Source: a virus (lineage: Duplodnaviria; Caudoviricetes). Taken from it: a DNA stretch of 64,000 nucleotides. Shown one piece after another: positions 1 to 10,603 of the stretch; the stretch's first letter is position 1; each line of letters opens with the position of its first letter. The stretch lies in IMG/VR virus record IMGVR_UViG_3300017912_002752; one strand, written 5' to 3'. Made by a program: the position numbers and the translations under genes. A model generated the notes under the pieces. The model made no database searches. It was not told where the DNA came from and saw only the letters and a list, made by a program, of their open reading frames with translations.

Positions 1-3000
1 GTAGATTTCATATGGGTCTCTACTACCATCTGAGTTATTATCTCTAAAATGCCACCTGTATGAAGTACTATAATTTTCACATGCGTGGTCAGTACAAGTT
101 TCATTATCATTATAGTTATTATATGCATATGTTGAACTATCACCGGCTCTACCATAACAACTTAACATCGGAGCTGCCTTTTCAGTACTTAAATTATTAT
201 CTAATGAAACTTGGTAGTATTGGTTTCTATCAGTATTACCACCCGATGAACTTGAATTAGAATATCTTGTTACAGATGAAATATTAATATGAGGGTCATC
301 AATTGTTAAACTATCATATGTTCCTGCATATTCAGTAGATACATTCATAGTTATTTTACACATAGCTCTTGTTAATGGATATGACCTCTCATTATAGTTA
401 ATATTAGTATTATATTGACCATATACTTTTTCTGCTAGACCACCATCTGCGGTTGAAGTATATGGTTGGAAGTAATCAACTCTCATACCACCTATGACAT
501 CAATTATTGGTCTTGCGTCAGAATCCGTTGTAGATGACATATCTACTCTAAATACTTTTTCGTTAGATTTGTTAACCTGTAACCCTGCGTTATTAATTTC
601 TGTACCTTGTGTTAGTGGTGTAAGCTGAAAATAAGAATCCATATCAGTTTTTATCGAGTAAGTCCTATCACTATTATCACCACTATTACTGTACTGAGCT
701 CTAGCGTAATAATATCTTTTAAATCTATAATATTTTGTACCAGATGTCATACTAAGAGTTGTTGATTTAGAAAAAAGATATGCTAATGAAGTTGTTGCTT
801 GTTGAGGACCTTCTGCGGTGTTGTGTGACACTATATTATTTGAAATATAGTTAAACAAACCAGGAACAGAAAATGTATAAACTTGATGTTCACCAAATAT
901 TATTTCTAAAGATGTAACTAATTCTAATTTTATGTTATCACCATCTTTTACAAATATTTTAGATTCACCTTCTATAAGTTCATGTGCATAAATTTCTTCT
1001 TCTCTTGTTATATAAAATCCGTGTGTTTCGGATACATCAACTGATTTTCCACTTTCGGTTGTTACTCTGTATATTTTATCTACCAATCTTGTTTTTACCG
1101 AAGTGATTTCAGATACCATGTTATATTTTTTGCACTCATCATCCCATGCACAAACATTATCACCTTCTTCGATATCTTTTGCTTTCTTAATTGAACCATC
1201 GCTCATTAACATATCAGTATCACCAACTACGGATTCTACTCCACCTTCTTCCCGTAATTCTTCTAATCCAGCTTCACCTGAAGAAATATCCCATCCATAT
1301 GCAGATAAAGTTTTTAAGAAAATAGTATGTTGCAGAGTGGTATTACTAAACGCAGAACCATTGTGTATTTCTAAATATAAGATTTGGACTGCGTATGAAC
1401 CTTGACCCTTTGCAACACATTGTGTACTGGTACTTCCACCATTATATGTAAAATTAAATTGGTGGTTTGTACTTGTATTGACATAGAAATTATCTTGTGT
1501 GTTTTGATGTGGATAATCTGTCACAGGTGAAACAGTTACTGTTCCACCACTTGCATTACCACTTAAAGTGTTCATCGCACTTGCGTACTTATATTCTGTA
1601 ATAGTTGAACCTGCTTGTGGAGATTGTAGACTTGAACCTGCGTTAATATTTACAAGTGGAGTTAAAGAACTATCTGATAAAATAATATTATAATTTTCAG
1701 CATCAAGTACCATTCTACTTCCACTTGCGGTAATAGACGATTCATCAATAGTAAACTTACCAAGCGTTGCTGAATCGGATACTATATCACCTGATATCGA
1801 TGCCGTTGTTGCATACATAGCACCATCTTGAGTTACATAGAATTTTCTTCTACTAACACCATCCGTACCTGTTTCGTAACTACCGATACCAATAGTACCA
1901 CCAAGAATTGTTGAACCTGATACCGTTCCAAAGAATTGAGCATCACCTGACCCACTTAATATAAACCCTGATGCCGAGATGTCCATAATCCCATTTGATG
2001 AACTAATATTTGCGTTAGGACCGCCTATGTACATATCACCATTAGCTGCGAGTGTGAAGTTATCTGATTTAACTTCTAATTTACCTGCAGTGTGATTAAA
2101 CCTCATATAGTTACCACTAGCTTTACCAACTGCAAATTGTGCATTTGGTCCATCTATAAGAACACCATTAACACTTGTATATGCATTATATCCACCAAAG
2201 TAAGCTTTACCATTATCAAGACTTAATATTGTACCTGTGTTTGAACCAATATTATTTGATTTAATTGTTCCTGCTGATATAGCATCACCGCTAATTGTAG
2301 TAGAACCACCACCACCTTGGAATTCCGTAACTTTAATATAATCTACAAATGTAATACCTGCTTGACTATTGTAGTTTACGAGAAACATTGGTGCGAATGC
2401 AGTTGCCTCATGGTCAAGTGTACCTGGGTCGGTTATATCATTATGTTGTCCACCATTACCAGAAGTACCCGTTCCTTTAAAGTAACCTTTGTATATTGTC
2501 CAATCAGAACCTACATTCACGCCTGATGCTGCGAAGTAGTGTTGAGACCCAAAACTATTAGTTCCCGAGTTGTTTACTTTAGTAAGTGTAGTTTGACCAT
2601 TATATGCATTAAATGATGTTTTATAACCTGTTACACCACAATAGAATGTACCTGAACCTGCGGTCTTTTTTACTCTTACTTCAATTTCATATAATGAAGT
2701 TGGATTAAATGGTATTACTGTATTTGAACTACCCCAATACATATCATCACCAGCATTATTACCTACTCTTAAAACTCTACCAAAAAATTGTCCATAATCA
2801 GCATTGTCAACTGGTGGAGTGGCGCCACCATCGTATTTGTAAAATCCAACTCCCGTACCATCTAATTTGGGGTTGTCACTTTGATTAGTATATGTATTAG
2901 GGTCAGCAAGTGATGCTTGACTGAAGTCTTCAAAGTATAATGAGTTTGGTGTGTTTCTACCTACAAGTTCAACATCACCACTAATTTTAATATTACCATT

Positions 3001-6000
3001 AGAACCACTAATAGATGTTAGTCCTCTACCAAAATAAAATTCTTGTACTGCGAAGTCAACACCTGAACCTGATATTAATAATGTTTTTTCAGTATTATCC
3101 CATGCAAAGTATCCTTTACCTAATGCACCTGAACCACTACCTAAATAGAAGTTACCTGAACTATCCATAAATGCACTAAAGTCAGATATCGATGCTGGCC
3201 CCGAACCTAATGTATTATGATATCCAAATACATCTGCGTTCATTACCAATCCTGCTGGCGCTGGAGTCGGAACTGACGATAATCCACTTGCTAAGAAACT
3301 AAAGTCTTGATTATCAGCACCTTGAGCACCTGCACTACCTTGAGCACCTGATGGACCTGTTGGACCTTGAGCACCTGCACTACCTTGTGAACCTGCACTA
3401 CCTTGTGAACCTGCCGTACCTTGAGCACCATCAGCACCATCCGTTCCGTCATCACCTTGTAATGCTACTGCGACTGACATTGTTTTATTTAATGTAACTG
3501 ATGCTGAAGTTGCAGTTACAACTACCGAACCACTAAATGGTGTTGTTGCTCCTGTAATAGTTACAGTATCACCTGATAACCCTGTTGTCATGTGGGAATC
3601 GGATGTTCTTGATATTGTAAAATTATCTGTTACATCTGTTACACCTTGAAATACAATTATGTCAGTACTTGCACCTGCGAATGATATAATATTACCCGAA
3701 CTACTTAATGGTAGTGTATGAGAGTCGTTAGTCAAGAAAGCGGTTAATGCACTTGTACCATCTGTACCATCAGCACCGCCAGTACCTTGAGCACCACCAG
3801 TACCTTGAGCACCTGCTCCACCTTGAGCACCTGCCGCACCATCTGTTCCACCTTGTACCTTAAATATTTTTAATGTATCAGATAAAGAATCTTTTGATAC
3901 TGATATTGTTAGTGGTAAATCAGTTTTACTAAATGATGAGAATGCTAATGAGAATGTTCGTGTTCCACTTCCATCCGATACAGAACCACCTAACGATGGA
4001 GTTGTAAATGTACTTCCACCTGCTTTAGTAATTGTGATATCACTTGTTGCTACTGTACCACTTAAGTTTTGTTGATTTATGGTTATATTTGCTGATGAGG
4101 GGTCTGCGGATGTATCTGCCGCATTGTCAAATGCAAATGTAGGTGTATCTGAAAGTATACTCAGTAATTTAGCCGTTGTACCATCAGTACCATCATCACC
4201 TTGTCTTGCAACTTGTAAAGACATCGTCTTACTTAGTGAAGTAGATGCCGAAGTTGCAGTAATTACTACCGAACCACTAAATGGTGCGGTTGCGTTTGTT
4301 ATTGTTACTGTATCGCCTGATAAAGTTGTTGTGATATGAGAATCTTGTGTCTTTGATATTGTAAAGTCATTGGTTACATCGGTTACACCTTGGAATACAA
4401 ATATATCTGTACTTGCACCTGCGAATGATATAATTTGATTTGATGAACTTAGTGGTAATGTATGAGAGTCATTTGATAAGAATGCACTCAATGCACTAAC
4501 ACCATCTGTACCATCTGTACCATCAGTACCTTGAGCACCTGCACCCCCTTGAGCACCTGCTGCACCATCCGTACCAGATGTACCACCTTCAACTTTAAAT
4601 ACCTTAGCTTCATCAGATAATGAATCCTTAGAAACAGAAATTGTTATTGGAAGATTTGTTTTGTCTGTATTTAGACCACCCGCATTAGTGTTACCTGTAA
4701 ATGTTACACTACCACTTACTATACCTGTACCATTTGATACATCTGTACTATTTAAACTAAAGTTTGTTACACTTCCACCGTTAGCAGTAGTAATTGAAAT
4801 ATCACCAGAACCTATTGTACCACTTAAATTTTGTTGGTTAATTGAAAATATAATATTTGCTGGGTCTGCAGAATTATCACTTGCACTAAGGAAACCAAAT
4901 ACAGGCGAATCTGTTGACACCGCCAATAATTTTGCAGATGTACCATCAGTACCATCAGTACCTTGTTTTGATTTAGCAAGTGACATTGTTTTACTTAATG
5001 AAACACTTGCAGAGGTTGCCGTAATTGTTATAGAACCACTATCATGGGTCAAACCTGTAACTGTTACTGTATTAGATGAAATGGTCGAAGTTACGCCTGT
5101 ACCATTTACTCTTGCGAATGTATAACTTGAATTTTTATTAGTTACACCCTCAAATACTTCCATATCAGTTACTGCGCCATCAAATGATGCGATGTTTCCA
5201 CTTGAGTCTGCCGCCAGAGTATGATTTTCGTTTGTTAAGAAAGCAGTTACTGCATCAGTACCATCTACACCATCTGTACCATCCCCACCTTGAGCACCTG
5301 CTGCACCATCTGCACCACCCTCAACCTTAAATACTTTTATATCATCACTTAATGAATCTTTTGCTACTGCAATAGTAATTGGTAAATCAGATTTAGATAC
5401 AACCTTTCCTGCGGCTGGACTTGCTCCGTTATCGAATGTAACACTACCACTTTGTTGTCCTGAACCTGCTACTACATTTCCACCCAATGAAGGTGTTGTG
5501 ATTGTTCCACCACCTGCTTTGGTAATAGTAATATCACCAGTTGTTAAAGGTGCACTTAAGTTTTGTTGATTAATTACAAAACTTATCGAACTTGGAGTTG
5601 ATGAAGTGTCTGAGGAGTCGTCAAATGCAAATACTTGAGAGTCTACTGTTACTGATAGTATTTTTGCATCAGAACCTGCGAGACCTGCAGTACCTTGTTT
5701 TGATTTAACCAAAGACATTGTTTTTGCAAGTTGTGTACTTGCACTCACTGCAGTAATTACTACCGAACCACTATCATGTCCTAATGCTGATATTGATAAT
5801 ACATTTCCATTTGCACCAGATAGTGTTGATGTTACTCCTGCACTACCTGTTCTACTATAAGTGTAGTTTGCAGTTGAGTCTGTAACACCTTCAAACACAA
5901 TCATTTCTGAACTTGCATCAGCGAAACTAACTATTGTACCATCTGATTGTGCTGCGAAAGTATGTGCTTCATTTGTAAGGAATGCCGTTACTGCGTCTGT

Positions 6001-9000
6001 ACCATCAGTACCATCAGTACCATCAGTACCATCTGCACCACCTTCGACTTTAAATATTTTTATTGTGTCTGTTAAACTATTTTTAGTTGCAGATATTGTA
6101 AGTGGGAAGTGTGATTTTGTTCCTTCCATACCACCATTATTCAAGGCGTTTCCAAATACAATACTACCACTTGCTATACCACTAAAGTTACCACCACTAT
6201 TTGTTACATTGGTATTATTAAAATCAAAACCTGTAACTGATGAACCACCTTGTGTTGTGATTGTAATATCACTTGATTGAAGTGCGGCATTTAAGTTTTG
6301 TTGATTAAATGAGAATATAATATTTCCTGGCGTTGCCGTTGTATCACTTGAATCATCAAATGCAAATACTTGAGAACTTACACTTGCTACTAATGATTTT
6401 GCACTTGAACCATCAAGACCTGTTGAACCTTGAGCACCAGCAGCACCATCAGAACCTGCCGTAGATTTAGCAAGTGACATAGTCTTAACTAATTGAGTAC
6501 TTGCACTAACTGCAGTTATAGTTAATGACCCACTATCGTGACCCATCGCAGTAATTGTAAATGTATCTGTGCTTTGATTAAAACTAACGCCTGACGACCC
6601 CGTACCACTAAATGAGTAATTAGATGTTTTATTTGTTATACCTTCAAATACGACTATATCTGTAACGCCTGTACTAAAGTCTGATACTACACCTGACGGA
6701 TTTGCAGGGAATGTATGTGATTCGTTTGTTAGGAATGCCGTTACTGCATCTGCTCCGTCTGTTCCGTCTGCACCACCTTGTACTTTTACTACCGAGATAC
6801 TATCACTCAAAGTATCTTTACTTACTGCAATTGTTAAAGGTAAGTCTGTTTTATTTAAGGACAATCCACTAAATGATAAAGAACCACTTTGTTGTCCTGA
6901 CCCACTTATTACATTTGATGTTCCACCTAAAGATGGAGTTGATATTGTTGCACCACCTGCTTTAGTAATTGTTATATCACCTGTTGCAATTGTATCGGAT
7001 AAATTTTGTTGACTGATTGTAAAGTTAATTACATTCGGCGTTGCCGTTGTATCGTTTGAGTCATCGAATGCAAATACTTGTGAATCTAATGTTACAGAAA
7101 GTTGTTTTGCAGTATTTGATGCAGTTGCCTCATTAACTGCTTGTTGTACATCTTGACCACTTGCAAATTGTAAAGTACCTCTAACAGTCAAAGTAGATGT
7201 TGTCGGTTGCCAAATAAATTTATCACCTAAAGAAAACTGAGAACCTGAATCTACATAAAATCCTGTATCACTATTTCCGTGATTCCCTACACCAATAAAT
7301 AATTTACCAGATTCCATTTTGATTCCAGCAATAGAACCTGTTTTTGCGATTATACCACCTTGAAGGAATACATTATCTGTTGCAAGACCAAAACCTGGAT
7401 TTGAACTTCCAAACACATACTCTGAGTTTGCAAGGCCTGTTAGGTCACCAAGTCTTACTTTTAGTTGTTGGTCATATAAACCACTACCTGTTCTTTCTAC
7501 AATATCAATGTATGGAGTTTGACTATCTCTTGGATTTGCATTCATTCTAATGTAACCACTACCACTTACTCCTGTTGATACGATTACTTGTCCTTCATCA
7601 TATGATTGAGATGTTGAGATTAAGTCACCTAAGAATGCACTTCTACTTACAAACGCTTCGAAGATTTGAAACCTTGGAGATATAAAAGAAGCGGCAGGGA
7701 AATAAATTCCACCACTTTGTTCTTCAGGGTCACCTTCAACTTGAACTAATACAAGTTGGTCCGTGGTGCCTGGTCGTTGTTTTACATAAAAGAATCCATC
7801 CGTTCCTATTGTTGAACCATATGATTGTCCAAAAGTAGGCCCATTATCTCTTCTTAAATAAACATATTTGTTAAGTCCATAATCTGTCAGTACTCCATAA
7901 GTGTCAGGTTTCGATGAAGAGGCTACTATGAATGAAGATGTCATTGCCCCATAAACACCATATATACTCCTACCCGCCTGATTACCATCGTAAAAACTTC
8001 CACCACCTAATGCAGAACCTGAGTAATATTGAAGCGGTCCTTGGTATCCTCTTGTCACAAAAAGTCTACCATGTACTTCTTCTGCACCTGAGTTATCACC
8101 ATCAATAGATGCCGAGTTTACTAAAATGTATTCTGTTTGAAATCCCGTTCCATCTACTTTTTTAGCTATTAAAATTTCACCAGGTGTAAATCCACTTGCG
8201 TTCTTAACAGACATTGTTGTTGCGTTGGCAGTAATATTTGAACCTGTAAGTGTTGTTGCGTTAGCAATCCATAGTTGACCACCCACTGCGTTTACAGATT
8301 CCTTTTCAAATGTAGTTGTTCTTAGAGTACCTCTAATTCTTACATTTTCAAATTCTGCAGTTCCGTTTCCTTCCGAGGATATTTTCCAACCTTTAGTATT
8401 ACTTGCAAAATCTTTTGTTTGCAAGATACCTTGTGGTTTCATTATTAAGTTACCACCTTCAATAGAAGAAGTAGTAATATCCCACCCACCAATAGATGCC
8501 GATACGAATCTTGCAAAACCATCAGCTCTAATAGATGATGATGCATTTGTTTCTGTTGAAGGATTTCCTGCGATTTCTGCTGGAGTTCTAATACTATTTG
8601 CAGTAACCGAACCTAATATAGTTACACCATCCGTAATCGTACCACCTTCTAATAATACTCTTGATGCCGTAATGTCACCTGCCGCCTTTAATCTTAATGC
8701 TCTATCAGATGACCTTATTTCACTTGATACAACTTCAAATCCTGCAATAGATGCGGATGCGAATCTTGCAAAACCATCTTGGTCAATTGATGAAGATGCG
8801 TTTGCTTTAGTTGATGGTGCTCCGTTTACAATCGCCGGAGTTCTTATTTGATTAACAGTAAGTGATGATTTAATTGTAGCGCCTGTACCAATCACTAATT
8901 GGTTACTTACAGGGTCGAGGTGGAAATCAGATGAACTAATTTCAATTGCACCACCCGAACCACTAATAAATTGACTACCAGGTGTACCAATGAAAAACTT

Positions 9001-10584
9001 TTCTGCTTTGATATCTAATTCACCACTACCTGATGTTGTAAATTTCATATGACTTGTATCATTTGCAGATACAAATTCAAACCCAACACCTTCCATTAGG
9101 TCTGAACCTATGACAAGATTACCACTACCAGAATAGATTAAAAATCCACCAGGCCCATCGCCAGTAGATGCGGATGTAAATCCACTATAACCAACTGATT
9201 TTATAAATCCACTACTTGCACCACCGATTTCAATACCACTACCTAATGCGTTTGATATAAAAATAGAACCCGTTATCAAAGAACCTTTACCACCTATGAA
9301 AGTAGTTGACCCTGGGAAAACTATATCTTTCAATAATATAAATGTTGCAGATGGTTCATTCTTTTTATTTAAGAATTCTATTTTAATTGTTTTTGGGTCA
9401 CCAATATGTTGTGATGGTATTGGTACAGTATAGTTAAATGAATCTACTTTACTATCAAATGTATTTGTACCTATGATTTCAAACTCAGTACCCAATCCTT
9501 TTGATTTAACAGAAGTTCTTAATGTGTGAACTTCACCAGCGATTGGTTTTATATTTGATGTAGTAAATGTTGCTACTGTTTGTAAGTTTTGACTTTGTCC
9601 TACTGATGCGGATGAGAAGAATACAACATCGGTTGGAATAGTTGCACTATCCGTAAAATAATATTGGTGATTCTTACTACCTGTAAGTGTATGTTCTATT
9701 TGTAATATGTTACTACTTGAAACACTTAGTATGGATGAAGTAAACTCAGTTGGTTGTGTAACTCCTGTTTGTCTCGGAAAAACAGTTTGACTTGATAAAT
9801 CAAATCTTATTTCACCACCAACCATTTCAGAGGTAAATGCATCACCACTTGTTTTTGTAATTACTACATCATCACCAAAGTTTGACCTTTGATACTTTGT
9901 ATTAAATGACTTAGTAGTTAAAGATAACACATTATCTCTACCCTGTCCCAAGTCATCTTCTTTATTACTATCTAACTTAAATGTACTAAATGGTTGTAGA
10001 CTTGAAGATACTACTCCTAATGGTAAGACCTTTTCATCGAATATAATTTCTGAACTTGATTCCTCATTTGCTCTTACCTCTACATTTCGTGTCCATCTAA
10101 TTATTTCATTTCTATTTCCTGTACCTACGATTGTAACTTTTGCAGTACCCGATGCAGTATTTTCTTCTCGATTACTTCTACCAGAATAAACCCAAACAGA
10201 TATTATCTTACCTTTTACACTTTTTTTTACTTTTGGAATTTCATAGTATATAGGATTACCTTGAGAGTCAAGAACTTCTATGTCAATTTTAGAATTCTTT
10301 TTTAGTAAGTTAGAACCTAAAAGTCTAATCGTGTTTTTTCCTACTCCTAAGTATTCAGGAAATTCAGTAATTCTAAAAAATGTAGAGTTTGGGTCATTAT
10401 CGTTGATAACCACAGGCAAACCTAGGCGTACACGATTGCCCCCTCGTCCTATTCCAGAACCTCTTCCACTTCGTGGTAGTTCTCTAAATTCACGGGGGTT
10501 GTTGACTTCTTTCGCACCTTCTCTATCGAACATGCGGTCTTTACCTAAATTTCGTTTACCTCGTCTTCTGTATTCTAATGCCAT
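1..10584 (-). CDS. Giant tail fibre / receptor-binding virion protein (>3,528 aa, 3' end beyond left edge) with tandem repeats, collagen-like linkers and an internal Hint/intein domain
   Basis: ATG at 10584 (MALEYRRRGKRN...) after GGAG. The same frame reads as protein at 10584, 1260, 840 and position 1 (..DGSRDPYEIY); no stop seen on manual reading. Tail-fibre-like motifs (GWKISSEGNGTAEFENVRIRG, KVRLGDLTGL) and G-X-Y runs. Probably missed by the track because it has no stop in the window. Confidence 0.85.
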   Translation of the reverse strand, partial: MALEYRRRGKRNLGKDRMFDREGAKEVNNPREFRELPRSGRGSGIGRGGNRVRLGLPVVINDNDPNSTFFRITEFPEYLGVGKNTIRLLGSNLLKKNSKIDIEVLDSQGNPIYYEIPKVKKSVKGKIISVWVYSGRSNREENTASGTAKVTIVGTGNRNEIIRWTRNVEVRANEESSSEIIFDEKVLPLGVVSSSLQPFSTFKLDSNKEDDLGQGRDNVLSLTTKSFNTKYQRSNFGDDVVITKTSGDAFTSEMVGGEIRFDLSSQTVFPRQTGVTQPTEFTSSILSVSSSNILQIEHTLTGSKNHQYYFTDSATIPTDVVFFSSASVGQSQNLQTVATFTTSNIKPIAGEVHTLRTSVKSKGLGTEFEIIGTNTFDSKVDSFNYTVPIPSQHIGDPKTIKIEFLNKKNEPSATFILLKDIVFPGSTTFIGGKGSLITGSIFISNALGSGIEIGGASSGFIKSVGYSGFTSASTGDGPGGFLIYSGSGNLVIGSDLMEGVGFEFVSANDTSHMKFTTSGSGELDIKAEKFFIGTPGSQFISGSGGAIEISSSDFHLDPVSNQLVIGTGATIKSSLTVNQIRTPAIVNGAPSTKANASSSIDQDGFARFASASIAGFEVVSSEIRSSDRALRLKAAGDITASRVLLEGGTITDGVTILGSVTANSIRTPAEIAGNPSTETNASSSIRADGFARFVSASIGGWDITTSSIEGGNLIMKPQGILQTKDFASNTKGWKISSEGNGTAEFENVRIRGTLRTTTFEKESVNAVGGQLWIANATTLTGSNITANATTMSVKNASGFTPGEILIAKKVDGTGFQTEYILVNSASIDGDNSGAEEVHGRLFVTRGYQGPLQYYSGSALGGGSFYDGNQAGRSIYGVYGAMTSSFIVASSSKPDTYGVLTDYGLNKYVYLRRDNGPTFGQSYGSTIGTDGFFYVKQRPGTTDQLVLVQVEGDPEEQSGGIYFPAASFISPRFQIFEAFVSRSAFLGDLISTSQSYDEGQVIVSTGVSGSGYIRMNANPRDSQTPYIDIVERTGSGLYDQQLKVRLGDLTGLANSEYVFGSSNPGFGLATDNVFLQGGIIAKTGSIAGIKMESGKLFIGVGNHGNSDTGFYVDSGSQFSLGDKFIWQPTTSTLTVRGTLQFASGQDVQQAVNEATASNTAKQLSVTLDSQVFAFDDSNDTTATPNVINFTISQQNLSDTIATGDITITKAGGATISTPSLGGTSNVISGSGQQSGSLSFSGLSLNKTDLPLTIAVSKDTLSDSISVVKVQGGADGTDGADAVTAFLTNESHTFPANPSGVVSDFSTGVTDIVVFEGITNKTSNYSFSGTGSSGVSFNQSTDTFTITAMGHDSGSLTITAVSASTQLVKTMSLAKSTAGSDGAAGAQGSTGLDGSSAKSLVASVSSQVFAFDDSSDTTATPGNIIFSFNQQNLNAALQSSDITITTQGGSSVTGFDFNNTNVTNSGGNFSGIASGSIVFGNALNNGGMEGTKSHFPLTISATKNSLTDTIKIFKVEGGADGTDGTDGTDGTDAVTAFLTNEAHTFAAQSDGTIVSFADASSEMIVFEGVTDSTANYTYSRTGSAGVTSTLSGANGNVLSISALGHDSGSVVITAVSASTQLAKTMSLVKSKQGTAGLAGSDAKILSVTVDSQVFAFDDSSDTSSTPSSISFVINQQNLSAPLTTGDITITKAGGGTITTPSLGGNVVAGSGQQSGSVTFDNGASPAAGKVVSKSDLPITIAVAKDSLSDDIKVFKVEGGADGAAGAQGGDGTDGVDGTDAVTAFLTNENHTLAADSSGNIASFDGAVTDMEVFEGVTNKNSSYTFARVNGTGVTSTISSNTVTVTGLTHDSGSITITATSASVSLSKTMSLAKSKQGTDGTDGTSAKLLAVSTDSPVFGFLSASDNSADPANIIFSINQQNLSGTIGSGDISITTANGGSVTNFSLNSTDVSNGTGIVSGSVTFTGNTNAGGLNTDKTNLPITISVSKDSLSDEAKVFKVEGGTSGTDGAAGAQGGAGAQGTDGTDGTDGVSALSAFLSNDSHTLPLSSSNQIISFAGASTDIFVFQGVTDVTNDFTISKTQDSHITTTLSGDTVTITNATAPFSGSVVITATSASTSLSKTMSLQVARQGDDGTDGTTAKLLSILSDTPTFAFDNAADTSADPSSANITINQQNLSGTVATSDITITKAGGSTFTTPSLGGSVSDGSGTRTFSLAFSSFSKTDLPLTISVSKDSLSDTLKIFKVQGGTDGAAGAQGGAGAQGTGGAQGTGGADGTDGTSALTAFLTNDSHTLPLSSSGNIISFAGASTDIIVFQGVTDVTDNFTISRTSDSHMTTGLSGDTVTITGATTPFSGSVVVTATSASVTLNKTMSVAVALQGDDGTDGADGAQGTAGSQGSAGSQGSAGAQGPTGPSGAQGSAGAQGADNQDFSFLASGLSSVPTPAPAGLVMNADVFGYHNTLGSGPASISDFSAFMDSSGNFYLGSGSGALGKGYFAWDNTEKTLLISGSGVDFAVQEFYFGRGLTSISGSNGNIKISGDVELVGRNTPNSLYFEDFSQASLADPNTYTNQSDNPKLDGTGVGFYKYDGGATPPVDNADYGQFFGRVLRVGNNAGDDMYWGSSNTVIPFNPTSLYEIEVRVKKTAGSGTFYCGVTGYKTSFNAYNGQTTLTKVNNSGTNSFGSQHYFAASGVNVGSDWTIYKGYFKGTGTSGNGGQHNDITDPGTLDHEATAFAPMFLVNYNSQAGITFVDYIKVTEFQGGGGSTTISGDAISAGTIKSNNIGSNTGTILSLDNGKAYFGGYNAYTSVNGVLIDGPNAQFAVGKASGNYMRFNHTAGKLEVKSDNFTLAANGDMYIGGPNANISSSNGIMDISASGFILSGSGDAQFFGTVSGSTILGGTIGIGSYETGTDGVSRRKFYVTQDGAMYATTASISGDIVSDSATLGKFTIDESSITASGSRMVLDAENYNIILSDSSLTPLVNINAGSSLQSPQAGSTITEYKYASAMNTLSGNASGGTVTVSPVTDYPHQNTQDNFYVNTSTNHQFNFTYNGGSTSTQCVAKGQGSYAVQILYLEIHNGSAFSNTTLQHTIFLKTLSAYGWDISSGEAGLEELREEGGVESVVGDTDMLMSDGSIKKAKDIEEGDNVCAWDDECKKYNMVSEITSVKTRLVDKIYRVTTESGKSVDVSETHGFYITREEEIYAHELIEGESKIFVKDGDNIKLELVTSLEIIFGEHQVYTFSVPGLFNYISNNIVSHNTAEGPQQATTSLAYLFSKSTTLSMTSGTKYYRFKRYYYARAQYSNSGDNSDRTYSIKTDMDSYFQLTPLTQGTEINNAGLQVNKSNEKVFRVDMSSTTDSDARPIIDVIGGMRVDYFQPYTSTADGGLAEKVYGQYNTNINYNERSYPLTRAMCKITMNVSTEYAGTYDSLTIDDPHINISSVTRYSNSSSSGGNTDRNQYYQVSLDNNLSTEKAAPMLSCYGRAGDSSTYAYNNYNDNETCTDHACENYSTSYRWHFRDNNSDGSRDPYEIY
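820..1233 (-). mobile_element. Mini-intein / Hint domain (138 aa, no homing endonuclease) inside the tail-fibre gene
   Basis: Block A E/SVVGDTDMLMSDGSIKKAKDIEEGDNV, block B VDVSETHGF, blocks F/G VYTFSVPGLFNYISNNIVSHN/T (Ser1, His-Asn end, Thr+1). Confidence 0.85.
3316..3460 (-). repeat. Collagen-like Gly-X-Y run in tail fibre
   Basis: GDDGTDGADGAQGTAGSQGSAGSQGSAGAQGPTGPSGAQGSAGAQG; repeated ccttgagcacc / ccttgtgaacc on + strand. Confidence 0.85.
3455..7110 (-). repeat. Five tandem ~236-254 aa repeat units in the tail fibre, each two beta-rich modules joined by short G-X-Y linkers
   Basis: Recurring AKxLxxxxxSQVFAFDDSxD..xxQQNL (~7110, 6402, 5667, 4935, 4173) and AVTAFLTNExHTF..KTMSL (~6745, 5990, 5250, 4490, 3750). 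Confidence 0.9.
8480..8860 (-). repeat. Two-copy internal duplication in tail fibre
   Basis: IRTPAIVNGAPSTKANASSSIDQDGFARFASASIAGF vs IRTPAEIAGNPSTETNASSSIRADGFARFVSASIGGW. Confidence 0.8.
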
Positions 10585-10603
10585 TCATAGACTCCATATA
10601 TAA

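Noticed and set aside
3316-7110. Nucleotide repeats as a CRISPR array or DGR template/variable repeat
   Set aside because: The repeats are in-frame and degenerate at synonymous positions, with no constant repeat-spacer pattern, no adenine-specific pair noticed, and no reverse transcriptase or cas gene in the window.
60-10603. Plus-strand ORFs in the track here and throughout the window
   Set aside because: They are antisense shadows of long minus-strand genes and carry no recognisable motifs.
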